Shown here: positions 10,105 to 18,773 of the stretch, in pieces
Layout: each line of letters begins with the position of its first letter
Position numbering within the stretch: the stretch's first letter is position 1
Origin: an uncultured Thermoanaerobaculia bacterium
GTDB taxonomy: Bacteria > Acidobacteriota > Thermoanaerobaculia > Thermoanaerobaculales > Thermoanaerobaculaceae
Assembly: GCA_964594125.1 (NCBI GenBank)
Contig: CAZQLL010000032.1
Location: 1-42,406, forward strand
DNA length: 42,406 bases
Reading direction: 5' to 3'
The notes under the pieces: generated by a model
Databases searched by the model: none
The model's input: the letters and a program-made list of their open reading frames with translations, nothing else
What the model was told of the DNA's origin: nothing
Position numbers and translations under genes: made by a program

Positions 10105-12141
10105 CTAGCGGGCGTGCACCTTGGTGACCGCGAACTCGGCGCCCTCGCCGTGGCACGAGGCGCAGGCCTCGGCGAACGGCGCGTTGTTGACGTACGCGTG
10201 CGCCGCGGCGTCGACGCTGCCGTGGCAGGACAGGCAGCTCGCGGCACCCGGCGCCATCGGCGTGTACCAGTCGCGCGGCGTCGGCGTTCCGAGCACGCCG
10301 CTCGGCAGCGGCAGGTCGTACGTGCCGGGGTTGTGGCATGCCTCGCAGTTGCGGCGGTCGCCGGGATAGAGGACCTCGTTGTAGTTGTGCGGCGTGTTGC
10401 CGAAGCCGTACACCGTATACTCGAGCTCCAGTTCCTCGCCGGTGTGGATCTTGTGGATCATGTATTTCATGTGGACCGACTCGGCGGGCATCTTGTCGGC
10501 GGGGCGGCGCGAGCGGTCGTTCTCGTTCGGGTGGTGGCAGATGATGCACTCCTCGACCTTGAAGCGCTGGCCGCCGTGCAGCGCCAGCGTGTTGTGGCAG
10601 TCGTTGCACTTGGCAAGGTCGACCACGGCGCGGCGTGCGACCGGCTGCGCGTCGGTGATCGCGACGTGGAAGATGGGGTTCATGGCCGCCTCGCGGATCG
10701 CCGCCGCCGGGCCGGGGTTGAGCGTCACGTTGCGGTAGACGTCGGCCGAGAGCGTCCACGTGCCGCTGGCGTCGGCGGGGATGGCGTTGGCGAACGCGCA
10801 GCTCCAGGCGTCGCCGCTCGCCACCGCGAGAGACCTGCAATCCTGCCGGAAGTAGCTCGCGTACTCCGTCGTCGGGCCACCGAACAGGAAGTTCAGGCTG
10901 TTCAGCGAGGACGGAGCAACGAGCGAGCCGTCGCCGTTGTTGAGCTTGAAGAGCACCGTCGGCTTGCCGCCCGGGACCGCGCCGCTCACGCTCAGGATTT
11001 CGATCTTGAGGCCCTTGAGCTGCGCCGACTTGGTCGGGATGGTGTGGGCGCCCTTGATCGAGGCGTCGAACTCGAACTCGCCCTGCGGCTGGTGGCAGAA
11101 GCGGCAGGCGTCATCGTCGGACATCGGGCCGGCGACGTGGTTCTCGCCGGTCTCCCAGTTCACCGCGTCGTGGCAGGAACCGCACGCCTGGCGCGACGGG
11201 TTGGTGTACCAGATGTGCCCCTCGGGCGACGAGGCCACGTGACAGGTGGTGCAGTTGCGCACATCCTGCGGGTACGTGACGTGCGAGTAGTCGTGCACGG
11301 CGCCGCCGAACCCGATGATCGTGTACCCCTTGGTGAGGTTGGGGCCGAAGTGGATCTTGTGCGTCATCTCGGCCATCTGCACGTTGTTGCCGGTGTCGGG
11401 GTCGACCGACTGCGTCTGGTTGTGGCACAGCACGCAGAGCTTGACCTCCTGGCGTGAGCCGCCGTGCAACGCCAGCGGGTCGTGGCAGGTGTTGCATGTT
11501 GCGGTCGCCACGGCGTCCCACTTTTCGGTCACCGCAGCGCCGTCCGGGCGGAAGTCGTGCAGGAGGTTCTCGTAGTAGTTCTTGCCGATGATCGCGGTGA
11601 GGTTGCGCGTCGCGTAGATGCCGAGGGTGGTGGTCTTTGTCTGGTCGAAGCCCGCCGGCAACGCTGTACCGAAACGGTACCGGTAGGTGCCCAGCGTGAC
11701 CTCGGTCCACGCGCCGCCCGAGTCGGCGGTCGCCTGCACGGCCGACTTGCCTGTGATCGAGCTCGAGACGGTCCGCTTGGTGTACGCCACGTAATCCCGG
11801 TTCGCCGCGTCGTACCACGCGAGCACGAACGACGCCGAGATCGCGCCGGGTGTCACCTGCCCGAGGCGGTCGAGCGGCTGGTTCATGTCGTCGGTGAACC
11901 TGACCTCGGCGACCGGGCGGCGGTCGGCGGGGATCTGGAAGCTCACCAGCGTGATGTTGAACCCCGGCCGAATGTACGCGGTCTGCTGCGTGCTGAGGTA
12001 CGCCTCCATCTGGTGGGCGGTGTACAGCGCCGCCGGCTGCGAGCGCAGCGGCTGCCTCACCGACCCCACCGGCGGATGCGACGGCAGCGTCCCCGCGGCC
12101 GCCGCAGACACCAGAACGATGCCAAGACTGTGCATCACCAT
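10105..12141 (-). CDS. Outer decahaem c-type cytochrome with MtrC/OmcA-like four-domain layout
   Basis: 10 CXXCH arranged as: about 210 aa haem-free N-terminal domain, 5 haems, a haem-free domain containing a CX12C pair (CRSLAVASGDAWSC), then 5 haems. N-terminal signal has no lipobox cysteine. Confidence 0.75.
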   Translation of the reverse strand: MVMHSLGIVLVSAAAAGTLPSHPPVGSVRQPLRSQPAALYTAHQMEAYLSTQQTAYIRPGFNITLVSFQIPADRRPVAEVRFTDDMNQPLDRLGQVTPGAISASFVLAWYDAANRDYVAYTKRTVSSSITGKSAVQATADSGGAWTEVTLGTYRYRFGTALPAGFDQTKTTTLGIYATRNLTAIIGKNYYENLLHDFRPDGAAVTEKWDAVATATCNTCHDPLALHGGSRQEVKLCVLCHNQTQSVDPDTGNNVQMAEMTHKIHFGPNLTKGYTIIGFGGAVHDYSHVTYPQDVRNCTTCHVASSPEGHIWYTNPSRQACGSCHDAVNWETGENHVAGPMSDDDACRFCHQPQGEFEFDASIKGAHTIPTKSAQLKGLKIEILSVSGAVPGGKPTVLFKLNNGDGSLVAPSSLNSLNFLFGGPTTEYASYFRQDCRSLAVASGDAWSCAFANAIPADASGTWTLSADVYRNVTLNPGPAAAIREAAMNPIFHVAITDAQPVARRAVVDLAKCNDCHNTLALHGGQRFKVEECIICHHPNENDRSRRPADKMPAESVHMKYMIHKIHTGEELELEYTVYGFGNTPHNYNEVLYPGDRRNCEACHNPGTYDLPLPSGVLGTPTPRDWYTPMAPGAASCLSCHGSVDAAAHAYVNNAPFAEACASCHGEGAEFAVTKVHAR

Positions 12142-12382
12142 TGTCCCACCCCTTTCCCCCCGGCACGCCGTGGCGGCGCGCCGCGAAACAACGACTCAGG
12201 CCCCTCGACGGCCCCCGCGGGCGCGCACCGCCGACATCGGCGAGGCGTGGCAGCGAGGTCGTGAACGGCGCCCAGTAACCATCACTTACATCAGCGTAAG
12301 GCCGCACGTGTGCAATGTCAAGGGGGTGTCACACCGCGTGCGGCAGGGTGCCGCTCACCGGCCGATCCGCGGGAGGGGCGGA

Positions 12383-14260
12383 TCAGCGCAACCGCAGATC
12401 GAGCCCTGCCAGCGCCTGCTCGACGCGCCGCTCGTACGCCTCGTCGGAGACGCGCCGGCGCAGCCGCTCGGAGACCGGGACGACCAGCGGGTACGGCTCC
12501 CAGGTCACGGGGGCGCCGTCGCGGGCGTTGACGACGCGGCCGGCAGCCACCGCCGCCGAGGCGTCCGCCAGCGCCACCCCGGCCAACGCGGCCTCGAGCG
12601 CACGGAAGGAGGCCTCGTGCTCGGGGTGAAGGAAGCGGGCGTAGCGGCGCGACACAGCCGCCAGGTGGTACTGGCTCGGGTAGAAGAACAGCCCGTCGAG
12701 CTCGAGCGTCTCGGCGATGACGACGAGCCAGCCGAACGCCTCGCGCAGCATGCCGAGGCCGGGGTGCTGCTGGCCGGGCAGCGCCCGTCGCGTCTCGGAG
12801 AACTGCTCGCGCGGGTTCTGCAGCAGCAGCCACTCGACGATCAGCACCTCCATCTCGGGCACCACGCGCGGCGAGCGCTGCACGCGCAGCTCGACCAGCA
12901 CCGCGCGCTCCACCGGATCGGAGAGGATGCGCAGCGTCTGCCCGAGCGGGTGCTCCAGCTCGAGGGTCACCACAGGGTTGCGGAACCCGCGGGCGCGGAG
13001 CTGCTGCAGGATGCCGAAGCGCTCGAGCAGCAGCTCGACGCCGACCTTGGAGAAGTACGACAGGTAGCGCGTCTGGTGGGGGATGCCGGGCAGGATGCCG
13101 ACGAGGTCCTCCTCGGTCAGCTCCCACCCCCCGCCGCCGTTGCCCTGGGTGAGCAGCGCCGGATCGAGGCCGCGCTTGATCTCGCGAAAGCGCAGCAGCG
13201 TCAGCTCCTCGTTGTCGGGCGGCGCGATGTCGCTGCCGGAGACCAGCCAGCCGAGGAAGCGCGCCGAGTAGCGCCAGGCGCCGTCGCCGTAGCCGCCGCC
13301 GAGGACGACCACGAGGCGCGACCCCAGCCGGCGGGCGAGCTCGACGACGAAGCGGTCGCGGGCGAAGATCCCGTCGGACGAGATGTTCCAGTCGCCGATC
13401 CGGTCGTCCGCGGCCACGTCGCATCCCGCGATATAGACGATCAACCCCGGACGGTGCGCCTCGGCGACGCCGGGGAGCGTCTTCAGGATCGTGCCCAGGT
13501 ACACCTCGTCGCCGACGCCGGTGCCGAGCGCGATGGCGGTCGAGGCCGCCGCCTCCTCTCCGCCCCACGACTGGTTGTGCACCGAGTACGTGTGCACGGT
13601 CTCGTCGGCGGCGAAGATCGCGCGGGTGCCGTTGCCGTCGTGGAGGTCGAGGTCGACGACCAGCACCGGTTCCGTGAAGCCGCGCCCGCGCAGCCGCGAG
13701 ATCGCGACAGCGACGTCGTTGAACACGCAGAACCCCATGCCGCGGTCGGGACCGGCGTGGTGGAAGCCGCCGCCGAGGTGCACAGTGACGCAGCCGGTGG
13801 AGCGCGCGAGACGTGTCGCCTGGATCGTCCCGCCGCACATCAGCCGCTGGTAGTCGAGCACCTGCTCGATGTCGGCCTCGCCGACCGGGACGCCGAGGAT
13901 CGCGGTGATCGTCTCCGGCCGCTGCAGCGAGTCAAGGTACTCCGGGGCGTGGACGAGCAGGAGGTTCTTCATCGCCGCCGGGCGCGGCAGCGAGATCTCG
14001 TCGCGGTGCACCAGGCGCTCGTTGGCGAGGAAGGCGAGGATGCGGTCGGCGCGCAGCGGGTCCATCGGCACGCCGGAAACCAGACGCTCGTACTTCGGCT
14101 CGTAGACGAAGCGCACCCGCGGCGGCCGCACGCGGTGCTCGATCCGCCGCGCCTGCCGGCGCACGCCGCGCCCCAGGCTCGCGAGCAAGCCGGGCGGCCG
14201 GGCCAGCCGCGCCGGGGTCACGCCCCACTGTGCCGCGCTGCGGCTACCGGACGCGCTCAC
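12383..14260 (-). CDS. Histone-deacetylase-family (AcuC-like) deacetylase fused to a C-terminal probable GNAT domain
   Basis: HDAC motifs LLLVHAPEYL, HLGGGFHHAGPDRGMGFCVFNDVA, VVDLDLHDGNG, GGGY. A C-terminal extension of about 290 aa carries a Q-x-x-G-x-G (QHPGLG) acetyl-CoA-type motif. The true start is probably a downstream GTG near RVRFVYEPKY. Confidence 0.7.
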   Translation of the reverse strand: MSASGSRSAAQWGVTPARLARPPGLLASLGRGVRRQARRIEHRVRPPRVRFVYEPKYERLVSGVPMDPLRADRILAFLANERLVHRDEISLPRPAAMKNLLLVHAPEYLDSLQRPETITAILGVPVGEADIEQVLDYQRLMCGGTIQATRLARSTGCVTVHLGGGFHHAGPDRGMGFCVFNDVAVAISRLRGRGFTEPVLVVDLDLHDGNGTRAIFAADETVHTYSVHNQSWGGEEAAASTAIALGTGVGDEVYLGTILKTLPGVAEAHRPGLIVYIAGCDVAADDRIGDWNISSDGIFARDRFVVELARRLGSRLVVVLGGGYGDGAWRYSARFLGWLVSGSDIAPPDNEELTLLRFREIKRGLDPALLTQGNGGGGWELTEEDLVGILPGIPHQTRYLSYFSKVGVELLLERFGILQQLRARGFRNPVVTLELEHPLGQTLRILSDPVERAVLVELRVQRSPRVVPEMEVLIVEWLLLQNPREQFSETRRALPGQQHPGLGMLREAFGWLVVIAETLELDGLFFYPSQYHLAAVSRRYARFLHPEHEASFRALEAALAGVALADASAAVAAGRVVNARDGAPVTWEPYPLVVPVSERLRRRVSDEAYERRVEQALAGLDLRLR

Positions 14261-14353
14261 GACCGCAGTGTAGAGCTCAAGCCGCGTCTCTGTAAAGCTT
14301 GCACGATGCCGCGTTGCAGCATCACGACGCCGCGCACGGGACCCGGCGGGAAG

Positions 14354-14542
14354 TCAGTAGAAGTCGGAGCACGAGAGGTAGTAGCCGCAGCCCGGAGTCG
14401 GGCACTGCAGCTTGCAGGAGCGGTCGGCCAGCGCCGCGCCGCAGTTCGGGCAGGTGCGCGCCGGCTCGGCCGGGGTACGCTCCTGCCGGCGGTCCTCGCG
14501 CGCCGGGAGCGCCTCCCGCACGGGTCCGCGCCGCTCGCTCAC
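14354..14542 (-). CDS. Small zinc-ribbon protein (62 aa)
   Basis: CPNCGAAL...C...C.TPGC cysteine pattern. Located between the secreted paralog and the HDAC-GNAT gene on the same strand. Could still be spurious. Confidence 0.35.
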   Translation of the reverse strand: MSERRGPVREALPAREDRRQERTPAEPARTCPNCGAALADRSCKLQCPTPGCGYYLSCSDFY

Positions 14543-14611
14543 CCGACGATGGTATCGCGACGGCGTCTCGAATCCAACGCCCGCGCCGGCCCCGCCGCGC
14601 CGGCGGCGCTC

Positions 14612-15697
14612 CTACCTCCAGGGGCCGCGGACGCCGATCTGAAGCTGCAGCGTGAAGTCGGGGTTGACGCCGTCGGGGATCAGGTTCTCGCCGAGGGCGC
14701 CGGCGAGGTACACGGTGTCGGAAAGCCAGCGGCGGGCGCCGAAGGTGAACATGAACGCGGGCTTCCCCGGCTCGCCGCCCGAGAAGGAGGCCAGCGGCGA
14801 AGTGTCCCAGCGGACCCCGGCGAGCCAGTCGCCGCGTACGCCCCACGGCTGGCGGTACTCGGCGGCGAGGTGCCAGGTGTCGTCGCGCGCGGCGCCGAGG
14901 AACGAGCCGCCGCGGTCGAGGCGCGTGTAGCCGGCCGCCGCGCGCAGCGCGCCGCGTCCGAGGCCCCAGGCGCCGAGCCAGCGCACGCCGACGTCCCAGC
15001 CGCCGCTGCCGCCGATCGTGCCCTCGTCGCCGGTCGGCGCCTCCACGGCAGCGATCCACCGGTGCTCGCCACCCCACGCCGCGCCGAGCCGTCCCGAGAG
15101 CGCGAGCCGGACGTCGCCGACGCCGGACCCCTCGATCTCGTCCCATCGCTCGATCGCACGCCCCTCCTGCGGGTTCCAGACATAGGCGAGCGTCTGCGAG
15201 TGGGCGAACACCTCGCGTCCGCCGACGCCCCATCCTAGGGTCTCGTGAATCTCCTCCGAGATCGCGTCCCAGTGCGGTGAGCCGATCTCGACCCACGGGA
15301 CGGACACGGTCAGCGTCACGCCGTGGCCGAGACCGCGCGCGAAGCGCAGCTCGGCGACCACGCCCTCGACGTCGAAGCGGTGGATGTCGTCGCCGGGGTG
15401 GCGCTGCTCGAGGATGCGCAGCTCCTCCGGGACCAGCGGCTCGCCTTCGAGCCCGAGCTCCTGGTGGATGGTGGCGGTGTGCCAGCTCCCGGACCACAGG
15501 TTGAAGTAGCCGGGGGTGACGGTGAGCTCCCACTCGCCGCCGGCGAGGTCGCGGCCTTCCGCGAGCTCCATCGGCAGCGAGGCCAGCCGCAGCGGCTCCA
15601 CGTACGGGGCGTCCCACGGCCGGACCGTCTGGGCAGAGAGCGGCCGGATCACGACCGCAGCGGCCGCGAGCGCGAATGCTGTGAGGACACGCTTCAT
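14612..15697 (-). CDS. Secreted beta-rich protein of unknown function (DUF3187-like?), paralog A
   Basis: Signal peptide MKRVLTAFALAAAAVVIRPLSA. Shares blocks with 21496..22569 (VPWVEIGSPHWD, APTGDEGTIGGSGGWDVGVRW, RDDTWHLA, SPLAS). ATG start. Confidence 0.7.
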   Translation of the reverse strand: MKRVLTAFALAAAAVVIRPLSAQTVRPWDAPYVEPLRLASLPMELAEGRDLAGGEWELTVTPGYFNLWSGSWHTATIHQELGLEGEPLVPEELRILEQRHPGDDIHRFDVEGVVAELRFARGLGHGVTLTVSVPWVEIGSPHWDAISEEIHETLGWGVGGREVFAHSQTLAYVWNPQEGRAIERWDEIEGSGVGDVRLALSGRLGAAWGGEHRWIAAVEAPTGDEGTIGGSGGWDVGVRWLGAWGLGRGALRAAAGYTRLDRGGSFLGAARDDTWHLAAEYRQPWGVRGDWLAGVRWDTSPLASFSGGEPGKPAFMFTFGARRWLSDTVYLAGALGENLIPDGVNPDFTLQLQIGVRGPWR

Positions 15698-15737
15698 GGC
15701 GCGCGCAGGAATACCAGAACCCGCGCCGCTTTCCTAT

Positions 15738-15772
15738 CCCTCCTGCCTCGTGCCTTCTGCCTGTTGCCTGCC
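15738..15772 (-). repeat. Tandem heptanucleotide array (GGCAnnA x4 then GGG), 40 nt upstream of paralog A
   Basis: Minus-strand reading: GGCAACA GGCAGAA GGCACGA GGCAGGA GGGATAG. Same architecture as 4500..4534. Confidence 0.6.
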
Positions 15773-15773
15773 A

Positions 15774-16259
15774 CTACGCCTCGCGGGAGATCTCGACGCT
15801 GCCGTCGGCAGCGCGCGCCGCGAAGTAGGCCTCCACCGCCGCGCCCGGGTGCAGCTCGCGCAGCGCGGAGGCGATGCGCGTCATGTCCCGGCGCTCGCGC
15901 TTTTCGTCGTCGACGCCGAGCACGCCGTGGAGGAACGCCGGCACGGCGTGGCTGGTCGCGTACCAGACGCACTCGTCGTGGCCGATCGCGACGATGCGGC
16001 GGATCGGCAGCCGCTCGGCGAAATACTTCATCCAGCGCTGCCCGACCCAGGCGAACTTCGGCAGGTACTCGCTGGCGAGCACGAGCTGTGCGCCGCCGGG
16101 CACCGCGAGCAGGAAGAACTCGCCCTCTGCGAGCCCGAGATGGGTGTGCACGAACTCCAGCGTCGCCGGCAGATACTGGCTGGAGGAGCAGCAGACCACC
16201 AGCGTCTCGGCCGGAGCGGGGCGCACCGTCGCATGCGCACGGAAGACGGCCTGGCTCAT
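15774..16259 (-). CDS. Hypothetical protein (161 aa)
   Basis: SD ggggaagg 5 nt before the ATG at 16259; protein-like composition. The track ORF extends to 16319 through the heptad array. Confidence 0.5.
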   Translation of the reverse strand: MSQAVFRAHATVRPAPAETLVVCCSSSQYLPATLEFVHTHLGLAEGEFFLLAVPGGAQLVLASEYLPKFAWVGQRWMKYFAERLPIRRIVAIGHDECVWYATSHAVPAFLHGVLGVDDEKRERRDMTRIASALRELHPGAAVEAYFAARAADGSVEISREA

Positions 16260-16305
16260 CGTGCCTTCCCCGCCGGCCGGCGCGACCGATCCCTCGCCCG
16301 CGAGC

Positions 16306-16333
16306 GGGCCACGGGCCACGCGCCACGGGCCAC
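16306..16333 (+). repeat. Tandem heptamer array GGGCCAC x4 (one variant GCGCCAC)
   Basis: gggccac gggccac gcgccac gggccac, between the flotillin stop and the downstream hypothetical. Confidence 0.6.
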
Positions 16334-16337
16334 GTTC

Positions 16338-17897
16338 TTACTCACCTTTCTTCTCCTGTGCGACGCCGACCTTGCCGAGCAGCGCCGAGACGTCGAGGCC
16401 GAGCGCCTGCGCACTCTGGATCAGGTTGAACATCGTGGCGGGTACGGCGCCGGCGAGGCGGGAGAGCGGCGACGCACCCTCGCCACCTCCCCCGCCGTCG
16501 ACCATCACCAGACGGTCGATGTTGCCGAGGGGCGCCGCCACGGCGCCCGCCACCGGCGCGAAAGAGCGGATCACCTCGGGGAAGCGCTCGAGCACCAGCA
16601 TCGTCTTCGCAGACTCGTCGAGCTGGGCGAACGCCTGCGCCTTCTTCATCGCACCCTCGGCCTCGGCGAGCAGCTTCGCCTTGACGCCGTCCGCCTCGGC
16701 GAGCAGCTTGGCGCGGTTGCCCTCCGCCTCGGCGAGCAGCTTCGCCTTGGCGCCCTCGGCCTCGGCGAGCAGCTTCGCCCTGAGCGCCTCGGCCTGCCCG
16801 AGGCCCTCCATCACGAGCTTCTGCTTCTCCGCCTCAGCCACGGTGATCACCGCGGTCTTGTGCCCCTCCGCCTCGAGGATCTCCCGCTCCTTGGCCGCCT
16901 CCGCCTGCAGGATCACCTGCTGCTTGGCGGCCGCCGCGGGCTTGACCACCTCGGCGAGGAGCTGCTTCTCGCGCCGCGTCGCCTCGGCCTCGGCGACCTC
17001 GGTCTGCTTCTGGGTGCGCAGCAGCTCGACCTGCACCTCCTGCTGCACCACCTGCTGCCGCGCCTGGGCGTCGGCGAGCGGCCCGGCCTGTCGCGAGCGC
17101 GCCTGCTGCGAGAGCACCTCGGCCTCGTACGTCGCCTTGAGGACGTCGCGCGCCTTTTCGGCCTGGGCGACGAGCGCGAGGTTCTCGTTCTCGCGCTCCT
17201 TCCCCTCGCGCAGCGCGGTGGTCGACTGGATCGTCGCCTCGCGCGACGCCAGCGCCTCGCCGATCTGCGCGTCGCGCTTGACCTCGGCGGTGCGCCGCTT
17301 GCCCAGCGCCTCGATGTACCCCTCGGCGTCGAACACCTTCTGGATCGTCAGCACGTCGACCGAGAGGCCGATCTTGGCGAGGTCGGAGGCCGCCTCGGTG
17401 AGCACCTCCTGGTTGAACTTGGCGCGGTCGCGGACGATCTCCTCGACGGTGAGGCGGCCGACGATCGAGCGCAGGTGCCCCTCCAGGTTCTTGTAGGCGA
17501 TCTCCTTGATCTCCTGCGGGCTGCGGCCGAGGAAGCGCTCCGCGGCGGCGATCAGCGACTGGCCGTCGGAGCGGATCTTGACGTTGGCGACCGCCTGCAC
17601 CGAGACCAGCACGCCGTCGACGTTCGGCACGTCGCGGACGTCGAGGTCGATCGGGAAGATCGTCAGGTCGAGGTAGGTGACCGACTCCAGCACCGGCCAT
17701 CGCCAGCCGGCGCCGCCGGTGATCAGGCGGAAGCCGATCTCCTTGCCGTCGGCGGTCCTGCGCTTGCGGCCGTAGAACACCGCGACCTTGTTGGGCGGCA
17801 CTTTGATGTAGTTGCGCGCGGCCGTGAGGAAGACGACGAAGACGACGAGCGCGACCAGCGCCAGGAGAACCGGGAGCAGCGTGAGCCCGAACTGCAT
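16338..17897 (-). CDS. Flotillin (SPFH/band-7 domain, FloT/YqiK-like)
   Basis: N-terminal TM helix, SPFH domain, and a long Ala/Glu-rich coiled coil with KLLAEAEG repeats. NfeD partner lies upstream. Confidence 0.85.
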   Translation of the reverse strand: MQFGLTLLPVLLALVALVVFVVFLTAARNYIKVPPNKVAVFYGRKRRTADGKEIGFRLITGGAGWRWPVLESVTYLDLTIFPIDLDVRDVPNVDGVLVSVQAVANVKIRSDGQSLIAAAERFLGRSPQEIKEIAYKNLEGHLRSIVGRLTVEEIVRDRAKFNQEVLTEAASDLAKIGLSVDVLTIQKVFDAEGYIEALGKRRTAEVKRDAQIGEALASREATIQSTTALREGKERENENLALVAQAEKARDVLKATYEAEVLSQQARSRQAGPLADAQARQQVVQQEVQVELLRTQKQTEVAEAEATRREKQLLAEVVKPAAAAKQQVILQAEAAKEREILEAEGHKTAVITVAEAEKQKLVMEGLGQAEALRAKLLAEAEGAKAKLLAEAEGNRAKLLAEADGVKAKLLAEAEGAMKKAQAFAQLDESAKTMLVLERFPEVIRSFAPVAGAVAAPLGNIDRLVMVDGGGGGEGASPLSRLAGAVPATMFNLIQSAQALGLDVSALLGKVGVAQEKKGE

Positions 17898-18019
17898 GGC
17901 AGGACCTCCGCGACGCGTCCGCGATATCGTGAGTCTCGGGGTGTTCGGGGTCGACGCGCCGAAAGGCTCCCGAATCCCTGCAGTCCTCGTGCCGCCGTTT
18001 CTACGTACGTTCCCTCGAT

Positions 18020-18058
18020 GTAGATTTCGGCCGCGGTCTCATCGCGGCCGACATCTAC
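18020..18058 (-). promoter_or_regulatory. Long imperfect hairpin (16-bp arms, 7-nt loop) overlapping the nfeD stop
   Basis: gtagatttcggccgcg - gtctcat - cgcggccgacatctac; no U-tract. Lies in the 160-nt nfeD-floT spacer. Confidence 0.35.
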
Positions 18059-18555
18059 CGAACCGGCTCGACGACGACGACGTCCCCCTGCACCTCGACG
18101 ACTTTCACCACGGCGCCCTCGGGGATCGCCTGGGACGACCTTGACCTGGCCATCCTCCTGGTAGTCTGCGCCTTGCACGAGCACGAGATCTCGCCCAGCG
18201 CGCCGACCGCGATCGGCACCGTGACGCGCCCGAGAAGCCCCACGAGCTCGCCGTCGTCGATCAGCGACGACGCCTGCTGGGAGCGCAGCGCCTTCATCGC
18301 GGCGACGTAGACGACGGAGAGCGGCACCGCGGTGACGGCGCCCCACACCGACGACGCCAAGGTCGACTGCCCGTACCAGCGACAGATGGCGCCGACGGTG
18401 CCGAAGGCGGTGAAGAAGACGGCCACCATGCGCGTCGACAGGAACCCGAAGTGGCCAGCCTCGACCTCGGCGTGGGCGTCCGCGTGGTCGCCGAACAGCG
18501 CCGAGACGAGCAGGAAGAAGAGGCCGATCGCCGCCAGCGACAGGAACACCACCAT
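18055..18555 (-). CDS. NfeD-like membrane protein, flotillin-associated
   Basis: Three N-terminal TM helices and a C-terminal OB-like beta domain (AVVKVVEVQGDVVVVEPV). SD ggagg before the ATG at 18555. The track ORF is over-extended to 18756. Confidence 0.7.
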   Translation of the reverse strand: MVVFLSLAAIGLFFLLVSALFGDHADAHAEVEAGHFGFLSTRMVAVFFTAFGTVGAICRWYGQSTLASSVWGAVTAVPLSVVYVAAMKALRSQQASSLIDDGELVGLLGRVTVPIAVGALGEISCSCKAQTTRRMARSRSSQAIPEGAVVKVVEVQGDVVVVEPVR

Positions 18556-18773
18556 GTGGCCTCCGAGACGTCCTGGCAACGATTGTATCGGACCGGCGGG
18601 CCGGGCAGCAACCACCCGGCGCCGGCGATCTCCCCCAATCCGCTCGCCGTGGGGAACCGCGATGAGGTCTGAAACCCCTGCCCCGCTGCACCTGCGGGAA
18701 CGGTGACGGCACTGCGGCGCCGTCGCCCCTGGGACGCCGGCGGCCCACCGGCGCACTGGTATGCTCGGGAGGC

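Noticed and set aside
10037-10840. 5' extension of the MtrA-like ORF (track gives 566 aa)
   Set aside because: The extension is R-rich junk that overlaps the upstream cytochrome. The internal ATG at 10036 with a good SD gives a 298-aa protein with a signal peptide.
16680-16800. Repeated about 27-nt units in the flotillin gene
   Set aside because: They encode the KLLAEAEG coiled-coil repeats typical of flotillins, not a DNA-level element.
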